Assembly (NCBI GenBank): GCA_010405405.1
Contig: MU004237.1
Span: forward strand, 38,191-102,190
DNA length: 64,000 nt
Direction of reading: 5' to 3'
From: Microthyrium microscopicum
Taxonomy: Eukaryota
The notes beneath the pieces are model-generated. The model made no database searches. It was given only the letters and a program-made list of their open reading frames with translations, and was not told the DNA's origin. Positions 1 through 11,106 of the stretch are shown piece by piece. How positions within the stretch are numbered: the first letter of the stretch is position 1; the number at the start of each line of letters is the position of its first letter. Both the position numbers and the translations under genes were made by a program.

Positions 1-2933
1 ATAACCTTAGTTCTACTCTAGTAGTAAAGAATTTTTATAATATTAGTTTATTATATTTAGTTATTAAGAAATTAGAAATTATTAGTATCTATATTATATT
101 TAGATTTAAAGAATTACTATTAGTATAAAGCTAGGTTAATAATCTCTTATTTACTAAGGTTATAGACTAATATAAAGTATAACTATAACCTTAATATTAC
201 TATTTACTACTAAATATTAAATAAAGTAAAATATATAATATTTTAAAGTAATATATAGTATTAAACTATAAGCTACTAGTAGACTATCTATTTTCTTAAA
301 GGTAGAGTACTTATTTTTTTAAAAGTAGAGTATTTACTTTTTAAGAAGTAAAGTAGTTACTTTTTAAGAAGTAGAGTAGTTATTTTCTAAAAAGTAGAGT
401 TTTTTTAGTAAATTATTTACTATCTTATTAAAAACTTCTAATTACAAAATTTTAAACCTTTTAAAATCTTTATATTAGTAAAATCTTTATACTAACTTCT
501 ATAATATCTTTACTATACTAGATTTAAATAGTTCTAGTCTATTATAATAAGTAAATATATTAACTATAGTTATTTAGAGACGTTTTTTAAGTAGTCTTCT
601 ACTTAAATTAAAGTATAAAATACTATATTATTTAGTTATAGACGAAACCTTTATCTTTTGTATTTAGATTATTATTATAGATAGTAACCTTTTAATAAAT
701 TAGCCTTATTACTACTTATATTATATATATACTTTCTATACTATTCTTTTAAAGCATACTACTTTAGATTTTATAATTTAAGTAAAGCTTAATTTATTTC
801 TTTAAATTTTATAAGTTAACTCTAAATTTTATAAAGAGGGGAAGGCTATACTATATCTATATAACTAATTTATAACTATATTATAATAGCTACTTACTAT
901 ATATACTTACTACGTTAGTCTTAAACTACTATTTTCTTTCTAAATTATTAGTAAAGTAGTATTATATATAATTAGCCTATTTAAGTAAACAATATAGTTT
1001 AAATATACCTAGTTATATTGCTAGTATAGCTAATTTAAGGAGTAGGTACTACTAATACTATAGTAACTAGATTTTAGTAGTTATTATATAAGATATTAGC
1101 TCTAAATATTATTAGTATAGGATTAGGAAATTAATTATATTATTTTTACTTATAGATATATTTATTATATAAGCGTTTTTTAGTAATTAATTCTAGCTAA
1201 TAAAAATATAGATATATAATAACTCTAAGCTACCTTAGATACTTACTATATATCTAATAATATTAGACTAATAGTTTAGGAAATTTAATTAACTAGGCTT
1301 AGGCTTATATTAAATATAAGTTATATTTTAGCTAACTAAGTCTAGACTTCCTTATATTAGCTTTATTAATACCTTAATAAATACTATTAATATAAATAGC
1401 TATATCTTAATAAGACTTAGTTTGTTAGCTATAATACTAAGTAAAATTATAAAAAAACTAAATTATATCTTAAGTTATAGATATAGATTAACGTCTATAC
1501 TAAGTTACTACTAGTCTTATTTACTATCTATATAGCGTAGTAGAAATTAATAGCGCTAAAAGTTAATTATTTAGAATATAAAGTAGTAGTTAATAAAAAT
1601 ATAATAAAAGAACGTATTATAATAGTAATAAGTAAGTCTTTAATAGATAAAGGTTTAATAGTTTATTAAAGAGTAATTAAAGGGCTCTATTAGTATAAGA
1701 TATAGCTAGAACTAATATTTTTCTATAAACAAATTTATTAAAATAAAGCCTTTATTAGTATACTTTTTATATTTACTAAATAGTCTTTTAAAGGCTTTTT
1801 AATATTAAGCTTATTTTAATCTTTTAATATTAAGAAGGTGTTTATTATTTGCTATTCTAATTATATTATATTCTTATTTATTATCTATTAGATATAAAGT
1901 CTTATTTATAAAAACTTTACTTTGTTTATTATTTATTTATAGTTAAGATATAATAAATCTTAGCTTATTATTATAGCGTAATAGGCGTAGGGTATTAATA
2001 TTATAATTCTTATATTAAAATTATTTAGTTATAGGCTAAAAGTCTATTATTACTTACTTTTTACGTAGATTCTTAGTAAGGAAGCTAGTTCTTATTAGGG
2101 ATTATTATTTAACGTATTTAGGAATATAAAGGATATTATTTAATCTATATTTATTAAAGGTTTTTAATAAATATAAATAGGTAGTAAGAAGTATTATTTA
2201 TTAGCTTAATAAAGTTTAACGCGTTAGTTACTTTTTAAAGGAATAAAAGAATAACTTAAATATACTTAGACCTTACGTAAGGCGCTAGATTAATACGTAA
2301 GTTCTTTATAAGTAGAGGTTTAATAGTTTATTAGAGAGCTATATTAGTAAAAGATATTACTAAACTAATATACTTCTTACTATTAGTAGAGTATAGAAGT
2401 ATTTTTAACTATTAACTTATTCTATATTATATTATTATATTAGTAATATATTATAATATAATACGTCTTATTAACGTATATATCTATTATAAAGTATCTA
2501 AAATAATAATATTATATAAAATACTCTAAGGTTTATAAATTAGGTATTTTTTAGTTTATAGACTATAGTAGCATATTATATTATATATTACTAGCTTTAA
2601 TATAAATATTAATATTAATTATTACGTTAACTTTAGAAAAAGAGATTAGAATTTTTTATTAAGTCCTTTTAATTATAATAGTAGTAAGGATTACTAATTT
2701 AGTAAGGGTTACTTAGTAACTATTTATTATATAGTAGAGACTAACTTTTATAAGTCTTATATTTTGTAATATAAACTTTAACTATTAATAAGTTAATAAT
2801 AATATAGATATATATAATAAAATAATTATAGTAAGGAAAAGAAGGTAGGACTTAGTATATTTAGAGACTTTAAAGATTTATTATAGTACGTAGTAGTAGT
2901 TATAGTATTATAAAAGTATTTCTAGTCTCTATT
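1..2933. mobile_element. RIP-degraded AT-rich repeat/transposon relic, family not identifiable
   Basis: Very AT-rich, TpA-rich and CpA/TpG-depleted, with no ORFs. I could not recognise diagnostic motifs by eye. Confidence 0.6.
288..400. repeat. 23-bp tandem repeat, ~5 copies
   Basis: Core GTAGAGT/GTAAAGT recurs at 302, 325, 348, 371 and 394. Confidence 0.8.
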
Positions 2934-3823
2934 NNNNNNNNNNNNNNNNNNNNNNNNNNNNNNNNNNNNNNNNNNNNNNNNNNNNNNNNNNNNNNNNNNN
3001 NNNNNNNNNNNNNNNNNNNNNNNNNNNNNNNNNNNNNNNNNNNNNNNNNNNNNNNNNNNNNNNNNNNNNNNNNNNNNNNNNNNNNNNNNNNNNNNNNNNN
3101 NNNNNNNNNNNNNNNNNNNNNNNNNNNNNNNNNNNNNNNNNNNNNNNNNNNNNNNNNNNNNNNNNNNNNNNNNNNNNNNNNNNNNNNNNNNNNNNNNNNN
3201 NNNNNNNNNNNNNNNNNNNNNNNNNNNNNNNNNNNNNNNNNNNNNNNNNNNNNNNNNNNNNNNNNNNNNNNNNNNNNNNNNNNNNNNNNNNNNNNNNNNN
3301 NNNNNNNNNNNNNNNNNNNNNNNNNNNNNNNNNNNNNNNNNNNNNNNNNNNNNNNNNNNNNNNNNNNNNNNNNNNNNNNNNNNNNNNNNNNNNNNNNNNN
3401 NNNNNNNNNNNNNNNNNNNNNNNNNNNNNNNNNNNNNNNNNNNNNNNNNNNNNNNNNNNNNNNNNNNNNNNNNNNNNNNNNNNNNNNNNNNNNNNNNNNN
3501 NNNNNNNNNNNNNNNNNNNNNNNNNNNNNNNNNNNNNNNNNNNNNNNNNNNNNNNNNNNNNNNNNNNNNNNNNNNNNNNNNNNNNNNNNNNNNNNNNNNN
3601 NNNNNNNNNNNNNNNNNNNNNNNNNNNNNNNNNNNNNNNNNNNNNNNNNNNNNNNNNNNNNNNNNNNNNNNNNNNNNNNNNNNNNNNNNNNNNNNNNNNN
3701 NNNNNNNNNNNNNNNNNNNNNNNNNNNNNNNNNNNNNNNNNNNNNNNNNNNNNNNNNNNNNNNNNNNNNNNNNNNNNNNNNNNNNNNNNNNNNNNNNNNN
3801 NNNNNNNNNNNNNNNNNNNNNNN
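2934..3823. other. Assembly gap (N run)
   Basis: 890 N bases. Confidence 1.
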
Positions 3824-5520
3824 AAAAATAAAGTTAACTTAAGATTTATTTAATTTATTATAAAATATATAAAGTTTAAAGTTAATTTATATAAGTTATA
3901 TACTAAGTTAAATATTTTTATAATAGAATAATAATAAGTTAGTTATTAGTACTCTTAAGTTAGTATAAATATAGTATTATAAAATAAGTTAGTAGACTTA
4001 GAAAAAATAACTTAAAATATACTAAATTAAAGAATTTAGATTTTAGCTTAAAAGTAAAGTATAGTATAAATAAATAGCTTTTAGTAAACTATTAGTACTA
4101 CTTTAGACTTAGTATTATAATATAAATAAAGGAATCTAATATAATAATAAAAAAAGAATCTTAGCTTTTTAGAAATAATAATATTAGTAACTTTAAAAAC
4201 TTAAAATAGTAAACTAATTAAAAGAATAATAACTTATAATAGAACTAGTTTAGAGAAGTACTAATAAGCTAAATACTTTCTAGAATTTAGCTTTCTAACT
4301 TATTAAAGCTTCTATAGCTTAATAGACTAATAAATCTTAGTAAAGTATATTATTAGTTTTAGTATAAATTAGTATATAGAATATAATAGTAAAGTTTTCT
4401 TTTATATAGTTAGTACTTTAGTTTACTAAATATATAGAAATTAGTTAAAGCTAGACTAGACTTTAGACTTAAACTAAGCTAGCTTAACTAAATTTAAGTT
4501 AATTAGCTAATTAAATAAAAGTTTTTATTTACTTATTAAAAGTAGTATCTATATAGCTTATTAATATAACTAAAAAATAATAAATAAGATTTAATAAAAA
4601 GTATTTTTATATAAATAGTATATATAAGTCTCTATTATTATATTACTTTTTTTATTAAAGTAAAGTTTATAAATACTTTAAAATATAAAGAAATAGTATT
4701 TAGAATAATTATAAACTATTTAGAATACTAAAAAACTTTTTTAAATATTATAATTTTAATTTAAAAAAAAAACTTATAGTACTATATTAAAGTACTTAAA
4801 GTAATATTAGAATATAGCTAAAAAGAATATTATTAAAAAGAAAAAAAATAGTACTAATACTAGTACTACTATTACTACTAATAATTTTAATAATTATTTA
4901 TTATAAATATTAATTAATACTAGTAATAAATTTTTAGTACTATTTAGCTAAGTAAAAATTCTATTTTTATATTTTAACTATATTAAAACTTTAATTTATA
5001 ATACTTATATTTAATATATAAGTAATATTACTAATTTATAATATTACTCTTTTAATATTTTATATTAAATTATAAATTAAAATATAAATATTTTTTAATA
5101 AATTTTAAATAGTAATATTAACTAATATAATATTACTTTTATTAGTATTAAAATATATATTTTTTTATATTATAATATTTAATATTTAATATTATACTTT
5201 ATATTTAAATAATATTCTAGTAACTACTAGTTAATTAAGTTATAAAAAAGTAAGCCTTTTTTCCTAAAAGTACTATAAACTATATATATATATTCTTATA
5301 ATATAGAATAATTATTTAGTTCTTTATAAAATTCTAAATACTTACTAATAATATTAAAACTATTTTTATTATAATATTTAATTAATAGCTATAAGGATTA
5401 TTTAATATTACTTTAAATATAACCTATTTTAAACTTATAGAAAGATATTATAATTATAGTATATATAAAACTAATCTATAAACTACGCTGTATAACTAGC
5501 TAGATTTCTAACTAATAGTA
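3824..5520. mobile_element. RIP-degraded AT-rich repeat relic, family not identifiable
   Basis: Extreme AT and TpA content with no ORFs. Composition switches sharply to balanced GC at ~5530. Confidence 0.55.
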
Positions 5521-5526
5521 TTCTAA

Positions 5527-6618
5527 TTATAAAAGAAACAACATATAAGATAGTCCCGCCAGAGCAACCGTTAGTTTCCTAGAGGTATCTTGCAAATTCC
5601 ATGCTTTACTAGTCTTTGCGGTGCCTGTCGCGGTAGTTTTCGAAGTCCCCGAGGCGACAGCCTTCGAATCAAACGGCGCTGCAACGGCTGTCATCTGTTC
5701 TCCTGGAAATAGGGTCCAAGTAAGTGTAGCACCACTAAGTGGACTTGTCATCACACTACCTTTGTCTGTCAGAGCACCAGTGCCGATCGGTTGGGCACTC
5801 TGTGGCCATACAAACCCAGGTCCGATATTTGTATCAAACCCATAATCGTTCTGACAGTCCACAGAACCAAGTGTTGGGAGACAGTTCTCAAAATCTCCAA
5901 ATTGGATTTCCCCAAATGATGAGATCGCGCTCGGTGCCGTAGTGTTGCAATTCTCGTTATACCTGATTTCGTTAGCTGGTTAGGACCTTCCAAGTAAATG
6001 TTTCTGGTAGGTGCTCACACAGATACAATCTCGCTGATTCTGCAGCAGTTGCATATATTGGTCCCAGATGTCTTACTCGAAATGCATGGAATCTCGTCGT
6101 GCTGGCTACTAACGAATACTGCTGCGAGCCTAATGACGTTGCAAGAACATGCCCCGGGTCCCTCATTGTCACTGATGTAGAATGGTATAGTGCGAGCTAC
6201 TGCGATGGGGCAGATTTGAACAGCTGAAAGAGCGATGGCCTGGTAGTTGCATGAGTAGACCTATAGAACGATGACAAGTCAGCAGTGTTTCCTCTACGTG
6301 AAGGGAAAAAGTATCCATTGGCATTGGACCTACTTTATTCCAACAGCTTGACAGAGCGCAGTTGAGCCTCTCTGCATACGTCTGACAGAAACAGCTTGTT
6401 ACACATGGGTTATTGGCCACACCACAGCTGTTTGTGTCGACGCAACCTGGGTCTGTTCCACATTGAGATACGCATGTCATCAGACTCTGGGTTGACGATT
6501 TCATACAAGAATCCATTCCGGTTGGATTAACACATCCATTGGACGGAAATGATAGTGTGATCGCATGAGTTGTGTTTGCAAAGAGAACAAATAGGATATC
6601 GAGGCGACCAAAGTACAT
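5527..6618 (-). CDS. Cysteine-rich secreted protein, likely GPI-anchored (~320 aa, 3 exons)
   Basis: Exons 6618-6334, 6260-6019 and 5962-5527 are joined by GT-AG introns with branch sites and give one continuous frame (963 nt). N-terminal signal peptide MYFGRLDILFVLFANTTHA. Many Cys (CVSQC, SCFC, SCWNKVYSCNYQ, GACSCN, CNCC). S/T-rich stalk and hydrophobic C-terminal tail. Confidence 0.85.
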
Positions 6619-7609
6619 CTTGAAACAAATGCACAGAGCGCTGAAGTGTATTGCAAATGAGAACGAAAGCTGCATTCCGTTTGTACTATGGGATAACTTA
6701 TAAACCTTGATTGAGTACCGCTGTGCTTCCGATTGCCCTTCTGTATTTGCTGCTAGTAGTCTTGCATCCTGCGATAGCGTATGCATATTGATGCAGAAGG
6801 CTACAGGCGCTTAGTTAGTAGTAGCGATAACTATATTACTTCAGTTCAGTTGTTTGTTTGCAAAGAATTGACTGACCTTAACAACATTTGCAGCAAAGGA
6901 TTATCAGATACTAGTTCCATGAGAGGAAAACATATTGTATTTCATCCAATATCTTCAAACTGACTTAGGTCAAATCGACTTTGTGTAGCACTGTAGAAGA
7001 TCCTATGAAACGACTGAAGAAACTGTGTCAATTGGCTTCTACATTACACCGCCTTCATGTTCACTTCACAGCTGAAAGGTCTATGCCGTAGCTTTCTGCA
7101 CGACCATACACCAACATGCGTTTGCATGAACATGCAAGATTCAGCTGGGGCGCATAGATGTTGATCTGGGCCGGCCCAAGGCCGATTTCTTCAAGCAATG
7201 CAGAGTGAAAAGAGTCCTTCATTCTCTTATCTTCACTACATCTATGTTTACTTTTTCGCCAAGACATAACTTCACTTTACGATCCATCAGATCGAGAGAT
7301 CGAAAGATTGACATCGTGGACCCTGAGCATCCGCCAGGAAATTCTGCCCCACAGTTAAAAATCACGCAAATCATGCCTATAGTGAAAGGCTAGAAAATAG
7401 AATTCTTGGAGGGGTCGGAGAACAGATTTACATGCTCTTATTACTGGTGAATAATTCAACGGCACCCACCACCATGGCTGGCAAGACTAAATGATGGTCA
7501 ACTAGGTAGCACAGCGGGGCACGAACTTATGCTCTTGTTGTTGGTAAGTGATGGTCAGTTGGCACAATGAAAGGCTAAAAAATGAATTTCTTGGGATAGC
7601 GGAACGACG

Positions 7610-8200
7610 CACTCAAGCGTGAGAGTCCCACGTCGTGGCCAACAGAAGGGTCTTTATAGAGCAGCCTTTCAACACACATACCACGGATGGCAAACGACAA
7701 ACCGATGCCGAATTTCTGAGATATCAGTTGTAAGTGAAGTTCCAGACAGGCCACTCAAGCGTGAGAATACAGCCAGCATGGATAAATGACAAGAGGTCTC
7801 TGGGAGCTGCCATAGTGAGTGTGTTGATAGTCTGCTCTGTAAAACCCAGTCTTCTGGCCGCACTGAGAAAATCCCGTTGAGATTGAATGCCTTGGTTGAA
7901 ACCTCACGCTTGACTGGAGTAGAGTTTCACGATCCCAAACGTAGTGATAGCTGGCCAATTGGTCGCCTATCACGCTTGACTGATGTGTACTTCCGGTGGA
8001 TTCGCGGCTGCTACACGTAGCAAGTGTGTTGAAAGGCTGCTCTGTGGAAATTGGCTGTCTCACGCATAACTGTAATGGAGTGTTGCGTGATGCGAATGTC
8101 CTTGCAGCTCATATCTGTGACGTGAGCTCTTACCATATATCGCTTAATTGGAGACTCATTTTCCACAAATATGACACGCTTGACGAAGGCTGCTCTGTAG
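7610..8200. repeat. Cluster of dispersed direct and inverted short repeats (decayed foldback/MITE or regulatory array)
   Basis: CACGCTTGA motif at ~7610(-), ~7752(-), ~7903, ~7970 and 8175. GTGTGTTGAAAGGCTGCTCTGT motif at 7655-7677(-), 7819, 8024 and partially at 8186. Confidence 0.7.
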
Positions 8201-8232
8201 AAGCTGACTAGCTCAGCTCAATCAGTCGCACG

Positions 8233-8780
8233 ATGCAATTTCCGTCGGCCTTCAGACCATTCATCGAGGGCTGGCTAAACTGAACGTCTCTCGTAGGTTC
8301 GAGGTTGAATTCAGGCGCAAAATCAGCGGGTCTCAAACGAGCTTATGGTTCTGAAAAGAGCCATGAAAGTGACAGACTCAAGTGGGCTACAGACCGCGCT
8401 CGACTTTTGACCCAGATTCAGGCCCTCGTTGAAGACCAACAATCTTTCTTGCAGCCATGAGAGTGACAGACTCAAGTAGGCTACAGACCGCGCTCGACTC
8501 TTGACCCAGATTCAGGCCCTCGTCGAAGATTAACAATCTTTCTTGCAAGCCCTTAACAGAAGCCCATTTGTGCAACTAAGGAGCAGCTCACGCTCTTCTT
8601 ATGCTACTAATCTAGTAACTGCCTTAAGTAAGTATCATAATCTTTAATTTAAGTATTACTCTACCTTAGTCCTTATTTAATAGATAAGGTAGTATAGAAC
8701 TAACGCGAGAAATTACTTAAGGGGCTAATAAAGACACTAGAAGACTAGTATATAAGAGAAAAGCAACCTTAGGAAAGAAA
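8233..8780 (+). pseudogene. 5' part of a disrupted coiled-coil host gene
   Basis: Frame fragments IQAQNQRVSNELMVLKRA / HESDRLKWATDRARLLTQIQALVEDQQSFLQAL. A GTAAGT..TAG intron lies at ~8628-8683, followed by *REKLLKGLIKTLED*YIREKQP*ERK up to the TSD. The stops near the element are TAG/TAA, as expected from RIP. Confidence 0.5.
8359..8547. repeat. 94-bp tandem duplication (2 copies)
   Basis: 8359-8452 versus 8453-8546 differ at ~6 positions, all transitions. Confidence 0.95.
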
Positions 8781-8801
8781 TAGGATTGCAAATCTAGTAA
8801 G
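8781..8801 (+). repeat. Left TIR of hAT element
   Basis: 18/21 match to the right TIR; the 3 mismatches are transitions. Preceded by TSD GAAAGAAA. Confidence 0.9.
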
Positions 8802-10290
8802 TCTAGTCTAGTTTTAGCTAAAACTAGAACTTAATTAGTATTTTATAATGCGTACTAGAACTTAATAGTACTAGTACGGTCTAGAACTAGTTATATAATT
8901 AACTAGTTTTTAGTAATACTAGATACTAGGTAAGTATACTAGCTAGTATACTAGCTAGTAAAAACTAGTAGAAACTAGTATTTAATACTAGTTACTAATA
9001 TACGCTAAAAATTATATCATTAGATTCGTCTAATTACAAGGATTCTAATGCTAATCTTAGTTTTATTATACGGGCTATAGTTCTAGAGATATTTAATATT
9101 TAAGAATTTAACTATTTATTTTAGTACTTAAAAGTAAGTTATATAGTCTAATTATAGATATAATTTAATAATATTCTAGTATTAGACTACTAAAATTATT
9201 AGAAGTATAGAAAAAAATAAATTAGAGCTAAAAATAGTAACTACTAGTTTTAAACCTAAAAACATGTTATTAAGAACTTAAAGTTATATAAGAAAATTGT
9301 TTAATTAGATTAAGAGTAAAATATATAAGTAACTTTACTAAATATAACTCTTTTTAGTATAGTCTATATAGTTTTAGAATCCTTAGACTATAAGGAATCT
9401 AGTTTTATTATTAGTTTTTAAAAGTATTTAGTACTTAATAATATATAGTAGAATTAAGTTTTTATAAATTTTTATAAATTTTTAAAACGTTTAAAACCTA
9501 ACTAGAAAGCTATATTATAACTAAAATCTAGTTTTTTTAATCTTTTATATACTAATAAATATAACTCTATACTACTATAGTAATTACTAGTCTTATTTAG
9601 ATCTAGATCTATAGTTATAATATTAGTAATTAATATATACTTTATTTAGTTAATAATACTAGAAATATAAATAAGATATAAAAGCTATAGCTTTAGATAG
9701 CCCTAAAATTCTACTTTTATATACTACTTAAATATTTATAAATTACTATTTATATTACTTTTTAAACTAAGTTATAAATTTTAAAATAATAAAATTACTA
9801 AAATCTTTCTTTTATTATTCTATTAGGATATAAGCTAGTAAAGTAGTAGTATTATTATTATTTTTTGATTAGTATATAATTAAAAGTAAATTCCTTCTAG
9901 CTATATAAGTTTTATATCTTAATTATCTTTAATTAACTTTATATTAAATATTTTATTATAAATATATAATATTATTATTTTTAAAATATAAAGCTAGATA
10001 AGAAAGTTTAAATATACTATATAACTTAATCTTATTCTATACGTACTATATATAGTTTATAATAAATTATTTACTAGTTTACCTATTATATAGCTATAGT
10101 AATTAAACTAATTAAAACTAAGTAAATCTAATTATTTAAGTATTTATAAATACTAGTATATATTAATTTATATATTATTACGACTATTAAATAGCTTTAG
10201 AACTTAGTAGTAATAGTACTTCTTATTTAGTATTATAAGTAAAATCTTTTTATATTTAAAGTAAAATATTTAGATTTACTAATTATAATA

Positions 10291-10832
10291 GTTATTAACT
10301 ATATTTAGTATAAGTTATATATATACTTATAATCTTTATAACTAGTTCTAATAGGTAGTAATAATAGATTTTCTTATTTACCTTTATATTTCTAGTAAAA
10401 CCTAGTAAAAGCTTTAAATATCTAGTTATATTAGTTATTAGCTATATTTATTATAAGTTATATATATATTTATAATGCTTATAACTAGTTCTAATAGATA
10501 GTAATAATAAATTTTCTTATTTACCTTTATATTCTTAGTAAAAGCTAGTAAAAGCTTTAAATATCTAGTTATATTAGTTATTAACTATATTTATTATAAG
10601 TTATATATATGTTTATAATGCTTATAACTAGCTTTAAAATATAGTAATAATAGTTTTTCTTATTTACTTTTAGATTCTTAGTAAAAGCTAATAAAAGCTT
10701 TTACTATTTAATTATATTAGTTATTAGCTATATTTATTATAAGTTATATATATATTTATAATCCTTACAGCTAGCTCTAAAGGGTAGTAATATTAGTTTT
10801 ACTTATTTACTATTATATTTTTAGTAAAAATT
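10291..10832. repeat. 143-bp tandem repeat, ~3.8 copies, inside the hAT element
   Basis: Units start at 10291, 10434, 10577 and 10720 (GTTATTA(A/G)CTATATTTA...). Confidence 0.95.
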
Positions 10833-10882
10833 AAAGGGAATCTATTTTTAATAAATTTTTATATTTAATATTTAGTTTATAA

Positions 10883-10978
<96 letters not shown>
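10883..10978. repeat. (TTAC)24 perfect microsatellite
   Basis: 96 bp of uninterrupted TTAC. Confidence 0.99.
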
Positions 10979-10979
<1 letters not shown>

Positions 10980-11106
10980 AATCTACTATATATCTAATAT
11001 ATAATAGAATCTAATTATTAATAGAATCTAATTATTAAATATCTTTTTATATAGTTATAAAAACCTTTTAATTTATAACTAATAATTAATAACTAACTTC
11101 TAACTT

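Noticed and set aside
600..720. LVIDE-like helicase Walker B motif in the first AT block
   Set aside because: A single short motif with no supporting helicase motifs readable; not enough to assign a TE family.
10291..10978. Regularly spaced repeats as a possible CRISPR array or telomere
   Set aside because: The context is eukaryotic and the units are contiguous without unique spacers. TTAC is not the TTAGGG telomere repeat, and the array is internal to a transposon.
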